From positions 896,001 to 960,000 of the forward strand of contig CBDHDF010000011.1 of the NCBI GenBank assembly GCA_965261545.1: DNA of 64,000 bases, written 5' to 3'. Position 1 is the stretch's first letter; every line of letters starts with the position of its first letter. Of this stretch, positions 20,691 to 30,376 are shown one piece after another. The notes under the pieces were generated by a model that did no database searches, had not been told where the DNA came from, and saw nothing but the letters and a program-made list of their open reading frames with translations. Source of the stretch: Bdellovibrionales bacterium. GTDB taxonomy: Bacteria > Bdellovibrionota > Bdellovibrionia > Bdellovibrionales > UBA1609. Position numbers and translations under genes: made by a program.

Positions 20691-21737
20691 ATGCCAGTCA
20701 AAAGCAGTCTCAGCAAGATACGTCAAAGTATTTCTTACCTATTTTTTAAAAATATCTTTGAATCTCTGATTACAGACTACGAACCATTGAGAAAAACGTT
20801 TCATGGCTTTTATATCTATGCCATAGATGGCGACCAATTAGCACTTCCTCGCTCTAAAGATCTTTTAAAGGAGGGTTATTGTGGGTACCCTTGCCCAAAT
20901 GAGATGGAAACTCATTTCTTACGTATGTATCTATCTCATGCTTATGACGTTTTATCGGGTGTGACAAAGAATCTTTGCTTTTCTCCCGCTCTCAACGAAA
21001 TCGCCAATGCTATTCAAATGATAGGTAGTTTTGAGAGTAATAGCATAACTCTCTACGATAGGCTTTATTTATCTACAGAGATTATTAAGGCCCATGCTCA
21101 AGCCAGTAACTTCTTTATTGCGCGTTGTAAGCGAGGCTCTACTTTTATCCCCATCGTAAATTTATTTAATGGCCCAGGTTGGTATTCACAAATGGTTATT
21201 GAGGGGGTGGTCATTCATCTCTATAAGTATAAAAACCCAAAGACTGGGGAGTTCTCTGTTTTGGCCACTAATCTTCCGCATGGCTCCTTGGACAAGAAGG
21301 ATATGGTTGCTCTTTACTCTCGTCGTTGGGAAATAGAAACGACATTTCGTGATTTTACATCGACAATGAAAATGGAGCAGTGGCACTCAACAAGCCTTAA
21401 TGGAATATTGCAAGAGCTGTATTCTTATTTTTGGCTCTTCAATTATACAAAGATTCAAATGAGCATAAATGAGGATGAAGACAGTGTGAATCAGTTGGTA
21501 AAAAATGACTACAAAAAACCTAACTTTAAACTGATTCTTGATTTCATAATGGATAGCATCCCCCTTTTTGTTGCGGGGCTCTATCAGAAATTTAGGAAGC
21601 AGATAAAGTTGCTGATGAAGATTTCAATGGAGAAGAGGAGGCACTTCAAAAGAAGCTATGAAAGGTCTATCAAAAGGGCTGGGAGTTCTTTTAAAAGAAA
21701 TAGCTTAACGCAGAGGCAGAGGGGTGTGGTGGCTTAA
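20691..21737 (+). CDS. IS4-family transposase (IS4-A)
   Basis: Near-identical to 2888-3934. Confidence 0.9.
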   Translation: MPVKSSLSKIRQSISYLFFKNIFESLITDYEPLRKTFHGFYIYAIDGDQLALPRSKDLLKEGYCGYPCPNEMETHFLRMYLSHAYDVLSGVTKNLCFSPALNEIANAIQMIGSFESNSITLYDRLYLSTEIIKAHAQASNFFIARCKRGSTFIPIVNLFNGPGWYSQMVIEGVVIHLYKYKNPKTGEFSVLATNLPHGSLDKKDMVALYSRRWEIETTFRDFTSTMKMEQWHSTSLNGILQELYSYFWLFNYTKIQMSINEDEDSVNQLVKNDYKKPNFKLILDFIMDSIPLFVAGLYQKFRKQIKLLMKISMEKRRHFKRSYERSIKRAGSSFKRNSLTQRQRGVVA

Positions 21738-22520
21738 GGAAACGGCATTGGTTCATGAGTGGTGACCCATAAACATCGATAGCCTTGTTCACAGAGTGAA
21801 CGAACTAGGGACATGGCCAAATGACTTTTCCCCATTCCAAAGCTTCCGTAAAACACAACATTACAGGCTTTTCTGACCCACTCTCCCTCTGCCATCCAAT
21901 TAATTTGCTGAGCTGTCACTCCCGTTCTTTTCTGGAAGTTATAAGTTTGGAGTGATTTAAGTTGAGGAAGCTTGGCCCCCTTAAGCAATCTTTTCACTCT
22001 CTGGGAATGCTTGTCAGCAAGCTCATTTTGAACGAGTATACCTAAATACTGTTCATACGTCTTTTTTGTTTTTTCGGCAACTCTAGCCGTTGCAACATAT
22101 TCATCCGCCATCGCTGGAAGTCGGAGTTTTTTAAGAGAACCTATAAGTTCTTCGTGATTCATTAAGAACCTCCTATGTTTGGAACAAGACTGTCATATTG
22201 AGACAATCTAGGTTGAAGTGGTTTTTGTTGGTCATTCAAATTAATTTTGGTGGGATTGCCTAAGAGCAAATCTTTTATGGATTTAAAGTCGAAAATCTCA
22301 CGACTTTCTAATTGAAGCTCCATGGCTGTAGATAAGTCCTGCCAACTCACATGCTGAATCAAGTTGATAACTCTTGCAAAATTTCACCTAGTTTGACCCA
22401 CCCAATTTCACCTGGTTTGACCCACCCAATTTCACGAAGTTTGACCCACTGAATTTCACCAAACATTGACCCACTTAGATCTTCATAGATATTCTTTCTG
22501 CGCTACGCATTAACGAGGAG

Positions 22521-24044
22521 GTGTCTATGGGCAAACAAGGTAAGAAAAAAGGAGCAAGAATGATCAACAATATTAAGAAATACATAGAGCTTGGACTCAG
22601 TTCGAGACAAATAGCTCGAGCTATGGGTGTTAGTCGGAACACTGTGAAGAAGTATGTGAAGGATAGTCCCGGAGGCCTAACAGCCGCTCAAAGGGGTCGC
22701 ATGGGCCCCTACCAAGCCCCATGGTCATCCAAGGTGAATTGGACAGATGTTCGCCTCAAGCAAAGCCTAGGGACTCAATTGGCTCATTACTGGGAGCGAC
22801 ATATTCAGTCCGAGATTGACGGTGTGAGTTATCTTTCTTTTTGGAGAGAGTTTCGTCGGAGGCACCCAAGTATAAAGCTTGATATGCACCAGACATTCAC
22901 CCCTGGTGAACGGAGTGAGTTTGACTATAAGGGAAAAGACTCTTGTTTTGGCTATACAGATGCCAAGACTGGGGAGTTCATCCCATGTCGATTATTTGGA
23001 ATGATACTTCCATCGAGTCAGTTTTTCTTTCCATGCGCCACATTAACAGAGCAGCGGGAAGATGTTTTTTCCTCCATAGCTTCTGGTTTTGAGTTTTTTG
23101 GTGGTGTGACCGGAACCATTGCTTTTGATAACGCAAAGGTTCAAGTGACAAGAGCTGATACTTATGACCCCGATATTAACTCTGAGTTTCACCTCTTGTG
23201 TGATCACTACAATGTGGCTCCTTTGGCGATGAGGCCATCTCGCCCCAAAGACAAGAGTCTTATCGAAAATACCCTTGGAGTCTTTTGGCGCTGGTCTTGG
23301 CCCCAGATAAGAGAGCGGCAAATGTATTCTCTAGCAGACATCAACGCTGAGTTGAAGCATTTGGCAGCTATTTTCAATGATCGTATTCAAAAAAAGTATG
23401 GGTTGAGTCGTCGACAGAAGTTTGAATCTTTTGAGAAGTCAAAATTGAATCCTCTTCCTGAAAGACGCTATGAGAGTGGATTCTGGAAGCATTCCAAGGT
23501 TCATCCGGATTGTCACATTCAATATAACTACAATTTTTACTCTGTTCCTTATAAGCATCGCGGCAAGAAGTTAGATATTCGTATTAGCCAACAATGCTTG
23601 GAGGTTTATTCAGAATTAGAGCGGGTGGCGATACATCACATCCCCCAGGGCAGTCGAGGGCGCTACTTTACGACAAAATCTCATCTCCCTGAGTCCCACC
23701 GGGCCATTTTAGAGCAAACGCCACAAAATGTACTTAAAGAGGCATCAAGCCTTGGAGAAAGCATTCACAAAGTTGCCGAGCGGCTTATCAAAGAGCCTCG
23801 CCATCCGCTTATGTATCTTCGTCGTGTTCAGGGGATACTCAATCTAAGAAAACGGTATTCAACAGCTTCTTTGGAGCAGGCTTGCTCATTTTTTGTAGAT
23901 GCAGCTTTAAGTGACATTAGGGTTCGTGGAGTTGAGAAAGTCATTTCAGCAAAAAGTCATCGAAAAGAGGAGCCAAGAGTCTGCCGTCAACCTAATGAAA
24001 ATTTAAGAGGTTCAGAGCACTGGGAGAATGCTTGCCGCCACTAA
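22521..24044 (+). CDS. istA: IS21-family transposase IstA
   Basis: HTH SSRQIARAMGVSRNTVKKY, PGERSEFDY, FDNAK, PKDKSLIE, YSVPY. Confidence 0.93.
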   Translation: MSMGKQGKKKGARMINNIKKYIELGLSSRQIARAMGVSRNTVKKYVKDSPGGLTAAQRGRMGPYQAPWSSKVNWTDVRLKQSLGTQLAHYWERHIQSEIDGVSYLSFWREFRRRHPSIKLDMHQTFTPGERSEFDYKGKDSCFGYTDAKTGEFIPCRLFGMILPSSQFFFPCATLTEQREDVFSSIASGFEFFGGVTGTIAFDNAKVQVTRADTYDPDINSEFHLLCDHYNVAPLAMRPSRPKDKSLIENTLGVFWRWSWPQIRERQMYSLADINAELKHLAAIFNDRIQKKYGLSRRQKFESFEKSKLNPLPERRYESGFWKHSKVHPDCHIQYNYNFYSVPYKHRGKKLDIRISQQCLEVYSELERVAIHHIPQGSRGRYFTTKSHLPESHRAILEQTPQNVLKEASSLGESIHKVAERLIKEPRHPLMYLRRVQGILNLRKRYSTASLEQACSFFVDAALSDIRVRGVEKVISAKSHRKEEPRVCRQPNENLRGSEHWENACRH

Positions 24045-24125
24045 TCACATAGCCCCGGTGGGTGGTTCTCAACCACCTAACGGGTCATTTTGACCTCCAT
24101 AAGAGAGGTCGTATAGGAGAAGAAA

Positions 24126-24854
24126 ATGATTAAACAAACAGAAAATTTATTAGAGATATTAAAAATGAGGGGAGTTTTAGCAACCTTGAGCCAGAGGCTC
24201 AAAGAAGCTGAGGAGCAGGATCTTGGTTACGAGGACTTTCTAAATGTCATCTTTGAGGACGAAAAAATCCATCGTGAAAATCAGAAGGTCTCAAGACTTA
24301 TCAAAAGAGCAGCTTTGCAGCAAAAAGCAAGCCTTGAGGCCTTTGAAACCAAATCCAACCGAGGAGTCGATCGAAGAGTTTTGAGTGATCTAGCCCTTAT
24401 GAGATTTGCTCAAAGAGGTCAAAATATAATTATCTCTGGCCCAACGGGTGTTGGAAAGTCATATTTGGCTTGTGCCATAGGTAATCACGCCTGTCGCCAA
24501 GGTTTTTCCACTCAGTTCTTCAGAATGAATACTCTTGTTGAAAAATTCAACTTAGAAAGAGCCCAGGGGACATATCTAAACTTCCTTAAAAGGCTAAAAT
24601 CAGTCTCGATACTTGTGTTGGATGATTTTGGTATCAAGCCCCTTACCTCTAACCAATATCAAGACCTTTACGATGTGATTGATGAACGAGGCCCTGACCT
24701 GAGCCTCATTCTTACAACCCAACTTCCAATAAAAAATTGGAGTGAAGTCATTGAGGATCCCATCGTTTGTGAAGCTATTATGGATCGCATAACCTCTCAA
24801 GCTATCAAAATAGCCATGTCTGGAAGCTCATTTAGGCAGAAAAAGACGATTTAA
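24126..24854 (+). CDS. istB: IS21-family helper ATPase IstB
   Basis: GPTGVGKS, LVLDDFG, TTQLP, AIMDR. Confidence 0.94.
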   Translation: MIKQTENLLEILKMRGVLATLSQRLKEAEEQDLGYEDFLNVIFEDEKIHRENQKVSRLIKRAALQQKASLEAFETKSNRGVDRRVLSDLALMRFAQRGQNIIISGPTGVGKSYLACAIGNHACRQGFSTQFFRMNTLVEKFNLERAQGTYLNFLKRLKSVSILVLDDFGIKPLTSNQYQDLYDVIDERGPDLSLILTTQLPIKNWSEVIEDPIVCEAIMDRITSQAIKIAMSGSSFRQKKTI

Positions 24855-26126
24855 GGAGAATCCATGCAAAGGCAGACCTTGGAAGACACCATCGGGAGAC
24901 ACTCCATCGGAACTATTGAATCATGTACCCGCCAGTTATCCACAAAATTTACCCACGGCAGCGCTGCGTTGATAGACATCGGGGTCACAGACGCAGCGTC
25001 ACCATGGATAAATTTGTGGATAACTGGCTCGCTATTCTCTGCCATTTTGAGCAATGGATTCAACATCCCCATTGAAAAACCCTCCATTGAAACCTCAGAA
25101 ATGGGGAGGGTCGAGATTCTCAATGACAAAGTGGCCAATTTTAGTTGGCATCTAACATTCTGGCAAATAAGCCTTAACCCACCGTTGGGACATCGTGACA
25201 TTGAGGGTGTAAAAGTTACTGAGTCAGCAGAAAAAAGAAGGTTTAAATTGACAAAGTTTGAGCCACCGTGAAATTCAAAATTGGACCTCAAATTGACTGA
25301 CTGAGGGGTGGGTCAAACTTCGTGAAATTCAGTGGGTCAAACTCGTGAAATTCAGCACTCTTAAATATTCATGCTCGGCACGGCTTGAATCTTGTTGCTT
25401 GAGGTATTGATAAAAATTTTCAAACACATTTGTTGGAAAAAGAATGGATCGGTGAGCCCATCTTACCATGGCTTGCGGCTTACGAACTAAAGAGGGAAGG
25501 ATATGTTCAAGAAGAAGACTATGCTCCCCATCAGGTTTTCTTTGATGGCGAGCGACAATTTCTTGCTTCCCTCCTGCACGATAGATCGTGACATGATAGG
25601 GACCCTGTACGGTTTTACAGGGAGATTGGATCACCTCATCAGGTATGGAATATGTGGTTTTACCTATTCTCAAAGTCCCATAACCATTACTTTGACAAAT
25701 ATTCACCTTACAGAGAATATCTTCATCTCGTGGAGGCAAAGGCTTAAGAACTTTGGCCTCCTCCTCAAAGCGAGATTTGGTGGAGTCACTCTGATGCTGA
25801 TCCATATAAGACTCTAAAAACTGATTCAAATGATCCCAGTCTTTAAAAACAATTCCTTTGTTTCTAACAATATTTTTTATCCGAGAACTGAAGGTTCGAA
25901 TATCACGCTCCACATCTCCCTTGTCAGAGCCCTTCCCTGCGCGGCAGGGAAGAACCTTAAATCCATAGTATTGGATGGCTCGATCAAAAGATTGGGTGTA
26001 AATTCGCTGATTTCCTTTAAGAACTTTCTTCACACAGGGAGATAAATTATCAATACGGATGTTCGCACTCATCCCACCTATCTTTTCAAAAAAAGCATGC
26101 ACCCCATCGATGAAACACTCATAGAC

Positions 26127-27543
26127 CAATGCCGTTTCCTTAAGCCACCACACCCCTCTGCCTCTGCGTTAAGCTATTTCTTTTAAAAGAACTCCCAGCG
26201 CTTTTGATAGACCTTTCATAGCTTCTTTTGAAGTGCCTCCTCTTCTCCATTGAAATCTTCATCAGCAACTTTATCTGCTTCCTAAATTTCTGATAGAGCC
26301 CCGCAACAAAAAGAGGGATGCTATCCATTATGAAATCAAGAATCAGTTTAAAGTTAGGTTTTTTGTAGTCATTTTTTACCAACTGATTCACACTGTCTTC
26401 ATCCTCATTTATGCTCATTTGAATCTTTGTATAATTGAAGAGCCAAAAATAAGAATACAGCTCTTGCAATATTCCATTAAGGCTTGTTGAGTGCCACTGC
26501 TCCATTTTCATTGTCGATGTAAAATCACGAAATGTCGTTTCTATTTCCCAACGACGAGAGTAAAGAGCAACCATATCCTTCTTGTCCAAGGAGCCATGCG
26601 GAAGATTAGTGGCCAAAACAGAGAACTCCCCAGTCTTTGGGTTTTTATACTTATAGAGATGAATGACCACCCCCTCAATAACCATTTGTGAATACCAACC
26701 TGGGCCATTAAATAAATTTACGATGGGGATAAAAGTAGAGCCTCGCTTACAACGCGCAATAAAGAAGTTACTGGCTTGAGCATGGGCCTTAATAATCTCT
26801 GTAGATAAATAAAGCCTATCGTAGAGAGTTATGCTATTACTCTCAAAACTACCTATCATTTGAATAGCATTGGCGATTTCGTTGAGAGCGGGAGAAAAGC
26901 AAAGATTCTTTGTCACACCCGATAAAACGTCATAAGCATGAGATAGATACATACGTAAGAAATGAGTTTCCATCTCATTTGGGCAAGGGTACCCACAATA
27001 ACCCTCCTTTAAAAGATCTTTAGAGCGAGGAAGTGCTAATTGGTCGCCATCTATGGCATAGATATAAAAACCATGAAACGTTTTTCTCAATGGTTCGTAG
27101 TCTGTAATCAGAGATTCAAAGATATCTTTGAAAAATAGGTAAGAAATACTTTGACGTATCTTGCTGAGACTGCTTTTGACTGGCATGAGAAGCAGGTCAC
27201 CAAAATGAGTCCATACCGTCTTAAGAGCGATTTGGTAGCCTTCGTAATTTGTTCCGGAAATAAGATAGATAATGGTAAAAAAGAAAATTTGAGGATTAAA
27301 TTTTCGATTCCTTTTTTGTTTTTCTGGATCGACAAGGTGCTCTGGCTTGAAGGAAGAATCAAGTTTTGGTAGAATAAAATGGTCATCTGTGACGCGAACT
27401 CGTCATTTGGGGGCTTTCGAGATCAATATTGGATTGCATGTGACTTACTCCTTGGTTGAGGGTTGGGTGTAAAATAAAACAAGTCTTATTCTTGTCGATT
27501 TATCTAATGATTTCAAGAGATTTTTCTTAAGGAAACGGCATTG
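26127..27543 (-). mobile_element. IS4-A, full copy (1417 bp)
   Basis: 18-bp TIRs; 10-bp TSD ACTCATAGAC. Confidence 0.95.
26140..27186 (-). CDS. IS4-family transposase (IS4-A)
   Basis: Same protein as 2888-3934. Confidence 0.9.
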   Translation of the reverse strand: MPVKSSLSKIRQSISYLFFKDIFESLITDYEPLRKTFHGFYIYAIDGDQLALPRSKDLLKEGYCGYPCPNEMETHFLRMYLSHAYDVLSGVTKNLCFSPALNEIANAIQMIGSFESNSITLYDRLYLSTEIIKAHAQASNFFIARCKRGSTFIPIVNLFNGPGWYSQMVIEGVVIHLYKYKNPKTGEFSVLATNLPHGSLDKKDMVALYSRRWEIETTFRDFTSTMKMEQWHSTSLNGILQELYSYFWLFNYTKIQMSINEDEDSVNQLVKNDYKKPNFKLILDFIMDSIPLFVAGLYQKFRKQIKLLMKISMEKRRHFKRSYERSIKSAGSSFKRNSLTQRQRGVVA

Positions 27544-28712
27544 ACTCATAGACAAGAAAGGGGTAGGCACGAACCCAACAGGTGCCACTACAAGGCAATG
27601 TTCCAAAATGGAGATGAACGATCTGAACACCATCGGCAAATGGTAAAGCAACCTTCTCCTTAAAATCAAACTGAGCCTGTTCTCCAGGATCATATCTTTG
27701 GCTGAAAAAACGCTCCTTGGGGCGAGAACCAAGAATCTCACAAACTCTTCTCTGAACCGTTCTCTCACTCCCACGATAACCCTCCTCAACTAATAGCTCA
27801 TATATTTCACGGGCGGTGTTACTTGGGTTCAACTTCAAAAAGTACTTCACCCGATCCATATATCCATTAAGGGGATCTGGGCGAGTTCTTTTGGACCTCG
27901 CCTTGTACTTCGGTGGGGTGTTGGACTCACAGTACTTGCGCACCGTCTTACGATTGATCCCTAATTCACGAGATATTTCTGTCTTATTTTTACCACTGTG
28001 ACTCAGGTCACGAATGCGGCCGAAAGTGTATTGACTAATCATAAGATCCTCCTCATTGCTAACCTTTTGAGTTGCAAAAGGGAGGGACTCTGTGAGCTTA
28101 GTATCTATATCAGAAGAAGAGACTTCATTGTCTAGTATTTGAACACTCCCTGAAGATTGGTCACTTTTCATTGGCGACAACCTCCATATTGAAAGTGGGA
28201 CATTTTAATTGGCGACGGCTTTAAGGGAAGCCTGTCTTCAGAAAGAAATTCCATGAAAATTGAGGCAAATGTTGGAATCTTGTGGAATTTAAATACTTTA
28301 GAAAATGGGCACAGCCTAAACAGGCTTTTCTTGACTATATATTTAACCTCATTGAAATCCAGAAACAGTCTACAAAGGAGAAATATGGAACCTGAATAGG
28401 CTGTCATGGAAGGACTCTCCAACACGGAGCCCCTTTCCAGGTCGACAAGAACCCAAAAGGAGTTCTTATCAGCTCGGAGCCTTTTTATGAGTAATATCAA
28501 TTGATTATATGCGTCTCGGTTGACAATGCCAAAAATCACCATAGGTCCTCCTCTGAAAAGTGGCCACTTTTCATTGGCGACGGTGGGGCATTTTAATTGT
28601 CAGCTAACAGATGCCAGTCTTTTGAAAAAGTTGGCTCAGAAGTGTTACAAAATTCTTTCGTATCTTCAAGAAAAGCAGAAGACCTACTTACCATCGGGTA
28701 TAACCATAGATA

Positions 28713-28819
28713 GTTCCTGTCCAGGAATGGCTCTTTTTCACCAATTTTCTTCTCCTACTCAAACCTAACGGGATTTGAGAGATAAAATATTCAAAAAAAG
28801 GTCATTCTCGGACAGGAAC
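28713..28819. mobile_element. 107-bp MITE with ISC-type ends
   Basis: GTTCCTGTCCAGGAATGGCTCTTTTT ... AAAAAAAGGTCATTCTCGGACAGGAAC, flanked by TAGATA and TAGTTA (both TANNTA). Confidence 0.8.
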
Positions 28820-29103
28820 TAGTTACACCAATTATGTTCCTATCCTCTCATAACCGCGAACAGGAAGATATAAAGGCCACAGAAGAGGCCATTAAAGAGA
28901 AACGAGACAAAGAAAAAGAGGCTAGGAGAAGATTCATACAAGAAACAGAAGAGCGGGAAAAAGAAAGAACCCGCATCGAGGAGGCGAAAAGACTTGAAGC
29001 CAAAAAAGAAGCTCTCATCCAACAAAAGATCAAAGAAGTTTCTAGCTCAGACCCTTGGAATTCAGGATTTCTGGGATGATAGGCATCCAATAAGAGTTCT
29101 AGG

Positions 29104-29160
29104 TGTACAATTGCACGCTACGCGTACTTTCCCTACTCCAATCCGTCATTGATAATTTTC
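29104..29160. mobile_element. Degenerate right-end remnant related to IS21-C
   Basis: TGTACAATTGC...ACTTTCCCTA...CGTCATTGATAATTTTC resembles 41336-41416. Confidence 0.6.
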
Positions 29161-29163
29161 CGA

Positions 29164-29192
29164 TTGAAATATACCATAAAATGGTATATCAT
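29164..29192 (+). promoter_or_regulatory. Toxin-antitoxin promoter with an operator palindrome
   Basis: TTGAAA-17 bp-TATCAT; perfect palindrome ATATACCAT-AAA-ATGGTATAT (29169-29189) covers the spacer. Confidence 0.75.
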
Positions 29193-29215
29193 CTAAAGGT
29201 AATAAAAGTAGAGGG

Positions 29216-29500
29216 TTGTCTAAATTGTGGCAGGTTAATTTTTCAAGGCAAGCAGAGAAACAAGTTAAGCGGCTTCCGGAAACAATCCGCCTTATTCTTC
29301 AAGTCTTAGTTGAAGAAATAAAAAAAGAAGGACCATTCAGATCAACATGGAAAAATTACTCTAAGTTGGAGTCTGGTCGATACCATTGCCATTTGAAGAA
29401 AGGACAACCCACTTATGTTGTTTGCTGGGAAATTATAAATAAAAACACTAAGTCTGTAGAGGTTTACTATGTCGGAACCCATGAAAAAGCCCCTTATTGA
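29216..29500 (+). CDS. RelE/ParE-superfamily toxin
   Basis: 94 aa, basic; WQVNFSRQAEKQVKRLP...YHCHL...VEVYYVGTHEKAPY; lies upstream of an HTH gene. Confidence 0.8.
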   Translation: MSKLWQVNFSRQAEKQVKRLPETIRLILQVLVEEIKKEGPFRSTWKNYSKLESGRYHCHLKKGQPTYVVCWEIINKNTKSVEVYYVGTHEKAPY

Positions 29501-29849
29501 TACTTTCACAGTAACAGTGAGGAGTAAAAAAACAAGACGTCAGTTCTTATTACCAAAATCGAAAGTTCAAGGGCTGATCTGCTTAATGGAAAGGTTTGAG
29601 GTTCATGATAAGAACAAGTTGGAAACAGAAGATTTATTTTCTGATCTCAACAAAAAATACACAAAACCAGGAGCCATTCTAAAAGGGGCAAGGCTGAAAG
29701 AAAACCTTTCTCAAAAAAAAATAGCTGATAAGTTGAAAATCTCTCAGAGTCATATTTCTGAGATGGAGCATGGGAAAAGGCCCATAGGTAAGCGAATGTC
29801 CCAAAGACTGTCAAAAATTCTTAAGGTCAGTTATAAGATATTTCTGTAA
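29469..29849 (+). CDS. XRE/HTH antitoxin (HigA-like order)
   Basis: PGAILKGARLKENLSQ...SQSHISEMEHGKRPIG; overlaps the toxin gene. Confidence 0.85.
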   Translation: MSEPMKKPLIDTFTVTVRSKKTRRQFLLPKSKVQGLICLMERFEVHDKNKLETEDLFSDLNKKYTKPGAILKGARLKENLSQKKIADKLKISQSHISEMEHGKRPIGKRMSQRLSKILKVSYKIFL

Positions 29850-29879
29850 CATAACGTGATTTTATCAGAACACTTCGTT

Positions 29880-30030
29880 GGCCCGGATGGGGGTGCAAAC
29901 CAGGCCATTTAAAATTTAATATCTGACAAGGCGTATTATAAAATACCTTCTAGAAAACAACCTGGGAGGGAAGGATGAACGTCTTGAATAAACAAAAACA
30001 AGAAGAGATATTAACATTAATTATAGAAGG
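29880..30030 (+). mobile_element. Second IS21-D left-end remnant
   Basis: Reverse-complement match to about 12677-12812. Confidence 0.75.
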
Positions 30031-30376
30031 TGTTAAGCGAAAAAGAGCCTGCTAGAGAATGGCTGGATTCACTCGAATTGGGTCAAAAATAACGACACCA
30101 AGACGCATCACATTAAAACACCTTCGTGGTGCCCGGGTTATGGTCCTCCACCTGGCTGGCTCATTATTCCGACACCGAGTTCCCACTTTTCTCTTTTTGA
30201 GTCAAAAATGTGCGTTGAGGAGACTCCCTCACTCAATAAGACACCGGTTGTTACGCCTTCTAAAACAGATCAGCCGAGCTACCCCTCTGTTGATCCTCTC
30301 AGTAAGATTGATCTTTGGAAACAAACAATCAACGAGGGGGTCTTCAGTGAGGGAGTCGGCTGTTAATGCTTACTTA

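Larger units (their letters stand above)
19663..21750. mobile_element. Composite of an inverted IS4-A right end (19663-19976), an IS21-C-type tip with an intron fragment, and a full IS4-A (20334-21750)
   Basis: 10-bp TSD GTTCATGAGT at 19653-19662 and 21751-21760. Confidence 0.88.
19282..22162 (-). pseudogene. istB: IS21-A IstB ATPase, split by the IS4-A composite
   Basis: Walker A GSFGMGKS in 21761-22162; DELGY, TTNL and AVDRIIH in 19282-19662. Confidence 0.9.
22375..25357 (+). mobile_element. IS21-family element IS21-B, intact
   Basis: TGCAAAATTTCAC...GTGAAATTCAGCA; four tandem AATTTCAC-N-TTTGACCCAC units on the left and two inverted on the right; TSD CTCT. Confidence 0.92.
22162..28042 (-). 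pseudogene. istA: IS21-A IstA transposase, split by IS21-B and IS4-A
   Basis: Pieces 27554-28042, 25362-26126 and 22162-22374; HTH (ISRELGINRKTVRKY), PGEQAQFDF, IDNL, KGDVE. Confidence 0.88.
18852..28609 (-). mobile_element. IS21-family element IS21-A carrying three nested insertions
   Basis: Ends TGTTAGGCG... and ...GCTAACA, repeated GTCGCCAAT boxes, 5-bp TSD GATGC (18847-18851 and 28610-28614). Confidence 0.92.
16206..28712 (+). pseudogene. IS5-like transposase remnant in three pieces (16206-16260, 18413-18851, 28615-28712)
   Basis: Removing ISC and IS21-A with their TSDs restores MSLCPEGLETKVHPAKVSIIVTESDP...PDHTKIEKFRNRL...DVDSTVQEANMAYPSDASLLKKL. Confidence 0.8.
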
